64,000 bases of DNA from Octopus vulgaris (Eukaryota), in the NCBI GenBank assembly GCA_951406725.2, contig OX597818.1, forward strand, positions 124,186,001 to 124,250,000. The letters run 5' to 3'. A model generated the notes under the pieces. It had not been told where the DNA came from. It did no database searches and saw only the letters and a program-made list of their open reading frames with translations. Positions 39,779-51,895 of the stretch are shown in pieces (positions within the stretch are counted from its first letter, which is position 1; every line of letters starts with the position of its first letter). A program made the translations under genes and the position numbers.

Positions 39779-40011
39779 TACTCTTTTACTCTTTTACTCT
39801 TTTACTTGTTTCAGTCATTTGACTGCGGCCATGCTGGAGCACCGCCTTTAGTCGAGCAAATCGACCCCGGGACTTATTCTTTGTAAGCCCAGTACTTATT
39901 CTATCGGTCTCTTTTGCCGAACCGCTAAGTAACGGGGATGTAAACACACCAGCATCGGTTGTCAAGCAATGCTAGGGGGACAAACATGACACACAAACAT
40001 ATACACACACA

Positions 40012-40060
<49 letters not shown>

Positions 40061-40224
40061 GACAGGCTTCTTTCAGTTTCCGTCTACCAAATCCACTCAC
40101 AAGGCATTGGTCGGCCCGGGGCTATAGCAGAAGACACTTGCCCAAGATGCCACGCAGTGGGACTGAACCCGGAACCATGTGGTTGGTTAGCAAGTTACTT
40201 ACCACACAGTCACTCCTGCGCCTA
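39779..40224 (-). mobile_element. SINE family B, full length
   Basis: Near-identical to the reverse complement of 26818-27276. Confidence 0.95.
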
Positions 40225-40922
40225 TATTCTATTTTTATAACATGAAAATCAATGGGAAATTAATTTCGCGTTACAGAAACTCTTGATGGCCAGATTTTCA
40301 GGAACTTGTTACTTCCGTAATGTGAGAATTCTTGTACTTATTGATTCTTGAAGAATCTGACGAGAGCTTTGTTAGAAAGATATAGTCCTATCCCCAACCC
40401 TTACAACTACATCTACCACAAAAGGTATTTTTTTTCCATAGCCATCAGACAAATGAAAAGTGTTTGTGTCTTCTTGTATCAAGCGTAGGGAGATGATATT
40501 TGCAAGAGACTCTCGCCCAACAGAGACGGATCTTACGTGCGACAACAACGATAATAATCGTGGTAGTGCCGATATTGATTTCATAATTTAATAATACTTT
40601 TAGTAATTAATGGTGTTTTCCTACAACTGGCATAAAACCCCGAATTTATATGAGAGCGAATTGTTGATGATGGAATTACTTTTATTCAATATCCTCAAAT
40701 GATGTTTATTATTGGATCTGACAGAATCGTAACCTCGCTGGAGAAACCACTTAATAGTATTTCTTCCGGGTCTTTACATTTTAAGTTCAAATACTGCCGG
40801 GATCGACTTTGCCTTTCATCCTTTCATACTGTCGCGATCGATAAAATAAGTAACCTACGGAGAGCCAAAAAACAAAAAAATCGGGGAAAGAAAGAAAAAA
40901 AAGCACAATATAATACGAGGTG

Positions 40923-41137
40923 TTTTACTCTTTTACTTGTTTCAGTCATTTGACAGTGGCCATGCTGGAGCACCGCCTTTAGTCGAACAAATCGACCCCA
41001 GGACTTATTCTTTGTAAGTCTAGTACTTATTCTATCGGTTTCTTTTGCCGAACTGCTAAGTTACAGGGACGTAAACACACCAGCACAAGTTGTCAAGCGA
41101 TGTTGGGGGGACAAAACACAGACACACAAACATATAC

Positions 41138-41182
<45 letters not shown>

Positions 41183-41348
41183 TACGACGGGCTTCTATCA
41201 GTTTCTGTTTACCAAATCCACTCAATAGGCTTTGGTCAGCCCGAAGCTATAGTAGAAGACACTTGCCCAAGGTGCCACGCAGTGGGACTGAACCCGGAAC
41301 TATGCGGTTGGTAAGTAAGCTACTTACCACACGGCCACTCCTACGCCT
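40923..41348 (-). mobile_element. SINE family B, full length
   Basis: Reverse-complement alignment. Confidence 0.93.
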
Positions 41349-41951
41349 ACGCTGTTTAATATTGTTTAAGGTGGTGAATTGACAGTCGTTAGCGCTTCGG
41401 ATCGAATATCTGGTGGTATTCGTTCCAGCTCTCGGCACTTTAAGTTCAAGTATCGCTTTTCATCCTTTCGTGGTTGATTAATAACGTACTAATCAAATGC
41501 TGGGGATCTATTTTTCTCTCTTCCATTACCTCTCACTCACTCGCCCTTTCCCTCCTTCACACTCATTCTGTCTGACTCTCTGTCTGTATGTCTGTCTGAT
41601 TATCTGTCTGGCTACTTTTCTCTGTCTGACCGTCTATCTAATTGTCTGTCTTTCAGTTCGTTTGTCCTTCTACCTCCCTCCCTCTCTCACCCTCTCACTC
41701 TCTCTCTCTCTCTCTCTCAATCTCTCTCTGTGTCTCTCTCTCTCTCTCGGGAAGAAATATCAGAATCAAACTTGGAGAGAGAGATAGACTACGCTAAGTT
41801 TATAACGACCAAGTAAAGCTGTATGTCTCGATGGTGTCCCTACAAATCCATCAAAGAGTTGAGGGCCCAAGAAAAAAAAAAAGGAAAGAAAAGAACAAAA
41901 ACAAAAAAAGATAGTAGGAACAATAAATATATTAATTTGCAATATTCATTT

Positions 41952-42058
41952 GTATCGCTTCGGCAATATATATACTAAAATTGGAACGATAGAGAAAAGA
42001 TTAACTTGGCCACTGCGCAAGGATGACATACAAATTCGTGAAGCGCTCCATATTTTTT
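41952..42058 (+). pseudogene. U6: U6 snRNA pseudogene, full length
   Basis: GTATCGCTTCGGCAATATATATACTAAAATTGGAACGATAGAGAAAAGATTAACTTGGCCACTGCGCAAGGATGACATACAAATTCGTGAAGCGCTCCATATTTTTT matches metazoan U6 end to end. The ACAGAGA box (AGAGAAA) and AGC triad (AAC) are mutated. Confidence 0.93.
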
Positions 42059-42061
42059 CAA

Positions 42062-42463
42062 GGGCGGCGAACTGGCAGAAACGTTACCACGCCGGGCGAA
42101 ATGCGTAGCCGTATTTCGTCTGCCGTTACGTTCTGAGTTCAAATTCCACCGAGGTCGACTTTGGCTTTCATCCTTTCGGGGTCGATAAATTAAGTTACGC
42201 ACTGGGGTCGATATAATCGACTTAATCCGTTTGTCTGTCCTTGTTTGTCCTCTCTGTGTTTAGCCCCTTGTGTGTAGTAAAGAAATAGGTATTTCGTCTG
42301 CTGTTATGTTCTGAGTTCAAATTCCGCCTAAATCGACTTTGCTTTTCTTCCTTTCGGGGTCGATTAAATAAGTACCAGTTACGACTGGGTCGATGTAATC
42401 GACTTAATCCCTTTGTACATAATTATCCCCTCTATGTTTAGCCCCAGTGGGAAATAAAGAATT
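42062..42463 (+). mobile_element. SINE family C dimer (full copy plus headless body)
   Basis: The second body starts at about 42288, after AAATAGG. Confidence 0.9.
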
Positions 42464-42517
42464 AAATATTCATTCAACTGTTCCATTGGTTGACTGGATC
42501 TGGAGATTTAAATTATA

Positions 42518-42669
42518 TGGCTGTGTAGTAAGTAGCTTGCTTCCCAACCACATGGTTCCGGGTTCAGTCCCACTGCGTGGCACCTTGGGTGAGTGTCTTC
42601 TATTATATCCCCAGGCAGACAAAAACCTCGTGAGTGGATTTGGTAGACGGAAACTGAAAGAAGCTCGTC

Positions 42670-42716
<47 letters not shown>

Positions 42717-42960
42717 TCTGTGTGATACACACACACACATCTGTGTGTGTATCTGTGTTTCTCCCCTGAACATCGTTTGACAACCGATGCTGGTGTGTTT
42801 ATGTCCCCGTAACTTAGTGGTTCGGCAAAAGAGACCTATCGAATACGCACTAAGCTTAAAGCTTACAAAGAATAAGTCCTGGGGTCGACTTGTTTGACTA
42901 AAGGCGGTGCTCTAGCATGACCGCAGTCAAGTGACTGAAACAAGTAAAAGAATAAAAGAA
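42518..42960 (+). mobile_element. SINE family B
   Basis: Aligns with the family. Confidence 0.9.
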
Positions 42961-42986
42961 TGTGTGTGTGTGCGTGTGTGCGTGTA

Positions 42987-43028
<42 letters not shown>

Positions 43029-43226
43029 TGTGGGTGTGTATTCTTTTATTTTTTTACTTGTTTCATCCATTTGGAGCACCGCCGTAAAAGGTTTTTAATC
43101 GAAGAAATCGACCTCTGATCTTATTCTTTGTAAGTATAGTATCGGTCTTTTTGCTGGGGACGTAAGCACAACAACATCGGTTGTCAAGCAATGGTGGTGG
43201 GGACAAACACAGAAACAAAGGCACAC

Positions 43227-43299
<73 letters not shown>

Positions 43300-43304
43300 C
43301 ATAC

Positions 43305-43335
<31 letters not shown>

Positions 43336-43478
43336 AGAGAGTGACCACCATGTGGTCTACTCTAGCACTAAAAATAGATCCGCAAGGTTTCAGCCACAAA
43401 AGAAATTGTTTTCGTTGAAAGTTAACACTACTACCAGAGCAAATGAACAGGGCAAATAAACATAACAAAATGTAGATT

Positions 43479-43558
43479 AGTTCGAGACAATTGTTTCGCT
43501 ATTAATAAATTATGTGGTTTTACTTACATAAATTTATCTGTAGCTCCTCAGCCGAACC
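43479..43558 (-). ncRNA. Type I hammerhead ribozyme, intact
   Basis: Exact reverse complement of 44024-44103. Confidence 0.85.
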
Positions 43559-44023
43559 CGTCCAGAATACAATTTACCCGATCGCACGCTAGACTTCACC
43601 ATAACGATAAACGCACGTGCGGTCGAGTCGATTGTACTCGCTGTTATAATTCAAGTGCCCCTGTCATCGCCCGCCAAAATTCACGGAAACAAATACTACA
43701 TCCAAAATTAAATGCAACATAATTACAATCAACCGATAAGGGTGAGGAAATTGAGTACTAATTTAATAGCACATTTATTTACCACCAAGTGGCTTAGTGC
43801 ATAAAAAACCCGGATTACGACACATTTTATACATAAATATGAGAGTGACCACCATGTGGTCTACTCTAGCACTAAAATGGATGTAGTATTTGTTTCCGTG
43901 AATTTTGGCGGGCGATGACAGGGGCACTTGAATTATAACAGCGAGTACAATTGACTCGACCGCACGTGCGTTTATCGTTATGGTGAAGTCTAGCGTGCGA
44001 TAGGGTAAATTGTATTCTGGACG

Positions 44024-44103
44024 GGTTCGGCTGAGGAGCTACAGATAAATTTATGTAAGTAAAACCACATAATTTATTAATAGCGAAACAATTGTCTCGA
44101 ACT
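44024..44103 (+). ncRNA. Type I hammerhead ribozyme, intact
   Basis: GGTTCGG-CTGAGGA-GCTA-cag-ATAAATTTATGT-loop-ACATAATTTAT-taa-TAGC-GAAA-CAATTG-TC^-TCGAACT: canonical core, 7-bp stem I, long stem II, palindromic stem III, and a GUC site with predicted cleavage after 44096. Confidence 0.88.
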
Positions 44104-44364
44104 AATCTACATTTTGTTATGTTTATTTGCCCTGTTCATTTGCGCTGGTAGTCGTGCTAACTTTCAACGGAAACAATTTCTTTTGTGGCTGAAACCTTGC
44201 GGATCTATTTTTAGTACTAGAGTAGACCACATGGTGGTCACTCTCTTATATTTATGTATAAAATGTGTCGTAATCCGGGTTTTTTATGCACTAAGCCACT
44301 TGGTGGTAAATGGATGTACTATTAAATTAGTACCCAAATTTCTCACCCTTATCGGTTGATTATA

Positions 44365-44517
<153 letters not shown>

Positions 44518-44920
44518 ATAGATATATAGGCGGGTTTCTTTCAGTTTCCGTCTATTAAATCCACCCACAAAGCTTTGGTCGGCCTGAGGCTATTGTAGAA
44601 GACATTTGTCCAAGATAACACGCAGCGGAACTGAACCCGGAACGATGTGGTTGAGAAGCGAGCCTCTTACCACACAGCCACGCCTATGTTATATAGTTAT
44701 ATATCTGTGTGTGTGTGTGTAGGAATTTGAAAGGAAAATAAAGGAAGCTTCTAACAATGCAGAAAGTTTTACAAAGCACCCTTTATATTTCGGGTGCAAA
44801 ACCCATCTTCAGGGCGAAGCAGCCAAAGGACTGTATACTTACATCGATTTCGTTATTTTATTTTAAACTTTTCAGCGCTTGGGTTAGCAGCAGCAGCAAC
44901 TCTCCAACTCTCCATATATA

Positions 44921-45123
44921 TACTCTTTTACTCTTCTACTTGTTTCAGTCATTTGACTGCGGCCATGCAGGAGCACCGCCTTTAGTCGAGCAAATCGACC
45001 CCGGGACTTATTCTTAGTAAGCCCAGTACTTATTCTATCGGTCTCTTTTGCCGAACCGCTAAGTGACGGGGACGTAAACACACCAGCATCGGTTGTCAAG
45101 CAATGCTAGGGAGACAAACACAG

Positions 45124-45156
<33 letters not shown>

Positions 45157-45329
45157 CATATATACGACAGGCTTCTTTCAGTTTCCGTCTACCAAATCCA
45201 CTCACAAGGCATTGGTCGGCCCGGGGCTATAGCAGAAGACACTTGCCCAAGATGCCATGCAGTGGGACTGAACGCAGAACCATGTGGTTGGTAAGCAAGC
45301 TACTTACCACACAGCCACTCCTGCGCCTA
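44921..45329 (-). mobile_element. SINE family B, full length
   Basis: Reverse-complement alignment. Confidence 0.95.
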
Positions 45330-45484
45330 TATATATATATATAGAATTCTTTTAACCCGAATAAGACGTTGCAAGTGAGAATTGTCAAGTGTCTGCAGCA
45401 AACAATAAATCCTAATCAAGTTGTTCTATGAAACTTGATAAAAGTTTTAGAGAATAATATAAATAGTTCCTTTTAATTTCAGAA

Positions 45485-45513
45485 ACACAAACACAAACAC
45501 AAACGCATACGCA

Positions 45514-45576
<63 letters not shown>

Positions 45577-46057
45577 GTACTTATACACATGAAAATAACA
45601 CATTTGCAAACATCCACATATATATAAACACGCAAATACACACGTGTACACGCGCAACATCCACACGTACGCATATGCACACACACACATACATCAATAG
45701 AAATATACACACACACATACACACAGACATGAAAATGCCCATATGCACACGCATCCAAACACACATCAATATACACATACACCAATAGAAATATCCACAC
45801 GCACACACACACATACACACACTCATACACACGAGAATATACACATGCACACACATATCCACACACACACACACATACCCCAGTAAATACATCTATACAC
45901 ACACGCACACACACACAAACGAAATAACACATATGCACACATCCGCACACACATAATCGCATAGCCTCATAAAAATTAACATCCGCACAAATACACACAC
46001 CAGTAGACATATCCATACACATCTGCGCACGCACTCACAAGATAATACACACACACA

Positions 46058-46128
<71 letters not shown>

Positions 46129-46140
46129 ACACACACACAA
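45485..46140. repeat. Degenerate (CA)n region
   Basis: Direct reading. Confidence 0.9.
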
Positions 46141-46227
46141 TCTACTCTGCTCATGTACACGCGAATACCCAAAACACATCAGAATTTCTCTCTAAAATAC
46201 GTTTTCTCACTTAATCGCGCACAAGTT

Positions 46228-47150
46228 CTCTCTCCTCTTTAACTCTCCCCCGCTCTTCCCTGTTCTTCCTCTTTAACTCTCTCCCTCCCTCTCTCTGTCT
46301 CTTTACTCTCTCTATCAGTCTCTCCCTCGCTCTTCCTCTTTAGCTCTCCCTCGCTCTTCCCTGTTCTTCCTCTTTAACTCTCCCCCTCCTCCCCTCTCTC
46401 TCTTTACTCTCTCTATCAGTCTCTCCCTCCCTCTTCCTCTTTAACTCTCCCCCGCTCTTCCCTGTTCTTCCTCTTTAACTCTCCCCTCCTCCCCTCTCTC
46501 TCTTTACTCTCTCTATCAGTCTCTCCCTCGCTCTTCCTCTTTAGCTCTCCCTCGCTCTTCCCTGTTCTTCCTCTTTAACTCTCCCCCTCCTCCCCTCTCT
46601 CTCTTTACTCTCTCTATCAGTCTCTCCCTCGCTCTTCCTCTTTAACTCTCCCCGCTCTTCCCTGTTCTTCCTCTTTAACTCTCCCCCTCCTCCCCTCTCT
46701 CTCTTTACTCTCTCTATCAGTCTCTCCCTCGCTCTTCCTCTTTAACTCTCCCCCGCTCTTCCCTGTTCTTCCTCTTTAACTCTCCCCCTCCTCCCTCTCT
46801 CTCTTTACTCTCTCTATCAGTCTCTCCCTCGCTCTTCCTCTTTAACTCTCCCCCGCTCTTCCCTGTTCTTCCTCTTTAACTCTCCCCCTCCTCCCCTCTC
46901 TCTCTTTACTCTCTCTATCAGTCTCTCCCTCGCTCTTCCTCTTTAACTCTCCCCCGCTCTTCCCTGTTCTTCCTCTTCAACTCTCCCCCTCCCTCTCTCT
47001 CTCTCTCTTTACTCTCTCTATCAATCTCTCCCTCGCACTTCCTCTTTAACTCTCCCCCGCTCTTCCCTGTTTTCCTCTTTAACTCTCCCCCTCCCTCTCT
47101 CTCTCTCTCTTTACTCTCTCTATCAGTCTCTCCCTTGCTCTTCCTCTTTA
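46228..47150. repeat. Pyrimidine-rich minisatellite, ~100-101-bp unit, about 9 copies
   Basis: The marker TATCA(G) occurs at 46313, 46414, 46514, 46615, 46715, 46815, 46916, 47019 and 47121. Confidence 0.92.
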
Positions 47151-48050
47151 AACCTATCTCAGTCTCTCTTTCTCTCTCTCGTCTCACTCTTCCACTTTCT
47201 GCCTTTGTTTCTTTGTTTTCTGTCTCTATGTCTCTCTCTCTCCCTCTCTCTTTCATGCTCTTTCTCTTTAAATCTATCACGTCTCTCTCTTCCTCTCTCA
47301 CTCTTTCTCCTTCTCTTTCTTTTTCTTGCTTTCTTTCTTCAGATCCCTCTCTCTCTCTCCCCCTCTCTCTCTCTCCTTTCCTGTCTCTATCTCTGACTTT
47401 TTCTCTCTCTCTGTCTGTCTGTCTATCAGTCTGTCCGTCAGTCTGTCTGTCTGTCTGTTTCTCCCTCTCTCTCTCTCTCTCTTTCTCTCTCTTTCTCTTT
47501 CTCAATCTCTCTCTCTCTCTCTCTCTCTCCTCCCCCTCTCCCCCCTCTCTCTCATTCCCGTGAATCTGTTGCCAACATATTGCTTCCTTCTAGTCACTTT
47601 TCATCCTTATTTCAAGCCAATACTCTTCTTCCCTTCCTCTAACCCCACCTCCGCAACTTCAACAATTCGTTACAGCCTCTCCTCTTACTCTTCTCCCTCT
47701 CCATCTCCCTCCTCCCTCTTCTTCCTTGCATCTCTTTTCTTCTACTCACCAATAACAACAACAATAAAATTACAGCGAAACAAAATTCACCATATTCAAA
47801 TTCTATTAAAATCTCTCAAGTAATTTTGCGTGTAAATACGTCAATTACATCAATTTAACGTAAATTGTTGTCTATCCACCACCACCACCACCACCACCAC
47901 CACCACCACCACCACCACCACCACCACCACCACCACCACCACGGCCACCCTCACCACCGCCTCCGCCGCCAGTATCACCACCACCACCACCACCGGTGCC
48001 ACTGCTGCTTCCAGCACTACAACTGTTGCCGTTGCCGTCGCCGCAAACAC

Positions 48051-48115
<65 letters not shown>

Positions 48116-48155
48116 CATCTATCTATCTATGTGTCTGTCACTCTCTCTCTCTCTC

Positions 48156-49400
<1,245 letters not shown>

Positions 49401-49501
49401 TATATATATATATGCATGTAAAAGCTTAAATATGTGAAATATGATCACCGTTATAAACAGCAAAAATGTGGCTAGCAAGACTTCTACCTATACAGGTACA
49501 A

Positions 49502-49930
49502 TATAAAATAATTTAAGAAAAAAAGGGTAAAACTACCGCTTGCTAAAAGTCAAAGCGACAGCTTCAAAAAACCACCAGTCGTACGATAAATATGCACACG
49601 AGGAATGCAATGAACATTTTAAAAAATAGGTTTACCTTCAAAATGGAAAACGAAGATAAATAATACATATTCTAGAAATAGATGTCAAATATTATTTTCA
49701 ACCGATGATTGCAGAGCATGTTTGTCATGCAAAGCATGAAATCAATTGGTTTTGGGATATGTGTTATTCATCTTCGTATTCCATTCTGAAGGTAAGCCTA
49801 TTTTTTAAAATGTTCATTGCATTGCTCGCGTGTATATTTATCGTAAGATTGGTGGGTTTTTTTAACCTGTCGCTTTGAAATTTAGCAAGCGGTGTTTTTA
49901 CCCTTCTTTTTTTTTTCAATTATTTTATAT
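49502..49930. repeat. Diverged fold-back (~170-bp arms, ~85-bp spacer) in a TA-rich context
   Basis: 49502-49672 is the reverse complement of 49757-49930, e.g. GCAATGAACATTTTAAAAAATAGG and CCTATTTTTTAAAATGTTCATTGC. Confidence 0.85.
49696..49757 (+). ncRNA. Decayed type I hammerhead in the fold-back spacer
   Basis: TTTCAA-CCGATGA-T-TGC-aga-GCATG-tttgt-CATGC-aaa-GCA-T-GAAA-TCAATTGG-TT^-TTGGGA; U4C change in the core. Confidence 0.55.
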
Positions 49931-50010
49931 GTGCATATATACATACATACATGCATACATACATACACACACTTACATATACATACTTATATACACACAC
50001 ACACACACAT

Positions 50011-50040
<30 letters not shown>

Positions 50041-50042
<2 letters not shown>

Positions 50043-50190
50043 TTCTGTGTTCCCTTCTGTTGGAGAGCGTAGGCTCGAAACGTAAAAGACTTTCTCACTT
50101 CTCGAGCGTTAAACTAATACATCTGTTTGTTGTTTACACACCCGTCTTCGTCTTTTGCTTTGTTTATTTCTTGTAAATTCCAACTATATA
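50041..50190 (+). mobile_element. Family E element with a decayed minimal HHR at 50053-50088
   Basis: CCTT-CTGTTGG-A-GAGC-GTAG-GCTC-GAAA-CG-TA-AAAG; flanked by TA runs. Confidence 0.65.
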
Positions 50191-50489
50191 TATATGAATG
50201 AAAAGTAAGATGAGGATTCCGATAGAATCAGGTACTTGAAAAGGTATGCACCACGTAGAGTTGGGTAACGTCTGTGGTTCCGGCCTATGCCTGGTGAGAG
50301 TCGAAATATCAGATAGGATGTGTGTGTACACAGAAAAAAACAATCCTATGAGTATTTAGCGCCTAAGGGGCTGGTCCATTGTAACTTTGAGTAGCACGTT
50401 GTTGATATACTCTACGCTGTCCGACAAGTCGTAAATCCCTTGGTGTGTTGTAATCAAATGAAGAATAACATACGATGGATGTTATTCAG

Positions 50490-50570
50490 TTCCTTACAGC
50501 TGTTTCATACGTAACTTATGATAGAATTAGAACATTACATGATTATAAAAGACCGTAATCATCAGATGAA
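50490..50570 (-). ncRNA. Type I hammerhead ribozyme, intact core
   Basis: TTCAT-CTGATGA-T-TACG-gtc...tta-CGTA-T-GAAA-CAGCTG-TA^-AGGAA: palindromic ACAGCUGU stem III; stem I has 4 of 5 pairs. Confidence 0.65.
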
Positions 50571-51006
50571 AAGTAATTTTACAAATTAAAAAACTATCCA
50601 GGAATACAGCAGGGACATGTCTGTCGAGGCCAGCGCTGAATGGGAGAATGGACAACTATGTTGAGAGTTTAGGTTAAGAATGTTGTTTAGGTTAAGAAAG
50701 TGAGTAACTTGATATCTAAGATCAGTGACTCAGGTGAGAAAGAGTCTGCTGGACTAGATAATGGGTAGACTGGAGTAGGTTGTAGGAGAAAATTTATTAC
50801 GGTAAGTTATGTGTTGTGGTAAGAAGGGGTCATAAAACGATTAAGGATAAGGAAGAAAAGAGAAAGGAAAATAAAAATAAAATAGAAATAAAAATAAAGG
50901 CATACGTCTATTGTCGGAGATGGATTAGCACAACCAGTTAGCGCTTTCTGTGAAAAAGGCGGTGGAACGAAAAAGGGGACAATAGAGAGCAGTCAACATA
51001 TTCCCT

Positions 51007-51114
51007 TCCATATCGGCTAACTCTGATGAGCGTAAAGTTATAAAATCGGTTTGTTACATAACTCTGCATTGTATTCTTTATGCAAAACCGATTAGTAAGA
51101 CCAGCCGTGATGGA
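51007..51114 (+). ncRNA. Decayed type I hammerhead (G12A)
   Basis: TCCATATCGGCTAACT-CTGATGA-GCGTAAAG...CTTTATGC-AAAA-CCGATTAG-TA^-AGACCAGCCGTGATGGA: 8-bp stem II and an extended imperfect stem I. Confidence 0.55.
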
Positions 51115-51166
51115 TATTTAATACTATACATTTCAGATAATAAATATATGTATGTATAATATATAC

Positions 51167-51388
51167 GGCAGAGTCGTTAGCACGCCGGGCGAAATGCGTA
51201 GCCGTATTTCGTCTGTCGTTACGTTCCGAGTTCAAATTCCGCCGAGGTCGACTTTGCCTTTCATCCTCTCGGGGTCGATAAATTAAGTACCAGTTACGCA
51301 CTGGGGTCGATGTAATCGACTTAATCCCTTTGTCTGTCCTTGTTTGTCCCCTCTGTGTTTAGCCCCTTGTGGGTAGTAAAGAAATAAA
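51167..51388 (+). mobile_element. SINE family C
   Basis: Aligns with the family. Confidence 0.92.
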
Positions 51389-51479
51389 TATATACATATG
51401 TGTGTGTGTATGCGTGTGTTATGTGTGTGTGCGCGCGCGTGTGTGTGTATGCGTGTGTGTGTGTGTTTGTATGTAAGCA

Positions 51480-51790
51480 TTTATGAGCAGTTTTGATGAA
51501 GATAAGACACAACTGTACTGAAACAAAGCCCCAGATCTGAGAAGGTAATTTTACTGGATGAGTTCAATAAATTCATGGTTGGAATTCATGATTGACAAAT
51601 GTGATAATCTCTTGGTTGTCTTCAAATGAATGAGTTGAATGACAGCAGTCTCATACTGCTACGTTATGAAGAATATGGTCTGAAAATTGCCAGCACTCAC
51701 TTTACACGTAAAGGGAGTCATACAACGACATGGATGCTTCAGAAATCCATGTCGTGGCACTCTTGCTAGGATCATGTAATCATTCGGAAG
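51480..51790 (+). mobile_element. RTE-type LINE AP-endonuclease remnant
   Basis: KVILLDEFN (compare ILLGDFN) and EEYGLKIASTHFTRKGSHTTTWMLQKSMSWHSC*DHVIIR. Confidence 0.7.
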
Positions 51791-51845
51791 CCATTAATAT
51801 CCACCGCCGCTACCACCACCACCACCACCACCACCACCACCACCA

Positions 51846-51895
<50 letters not shown>

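Larger units (their letters stand above)
43335..44361. mobile_element. Penelope-like pLTR fold-back element (504-bp unit; partial tandem plus inverted copy)
   Basis: 43335-43703 is the reverse complement of 43878-44246 (about 7 differences). About 43723-43877 is the reverse complement of 44210-44361. GAGAGTGACCACCATGTGG occurs at 43337 and 43841. (TA)n lies on both sides. Confidence 0.85.

Noticed and set aside
41952-42058. Functional U6 gene
   Set aside because: The catalytic ACAGAGA and AGC motifs are mutated and no convincing upstream promoter is recognisable.
43914-43962. Second hammerhead in the 504-bp unit (CGAGTACAATTGACTCG)
   Set aside because: It resembles the stem III region but lacks CUGANGA and GAAA; only a small hairpin is supported.
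46228-47150. CRISPR-like array
   Set aside because: Units are wholly repeated with no unique spacers or cas genes, and the context is eukaryotic.
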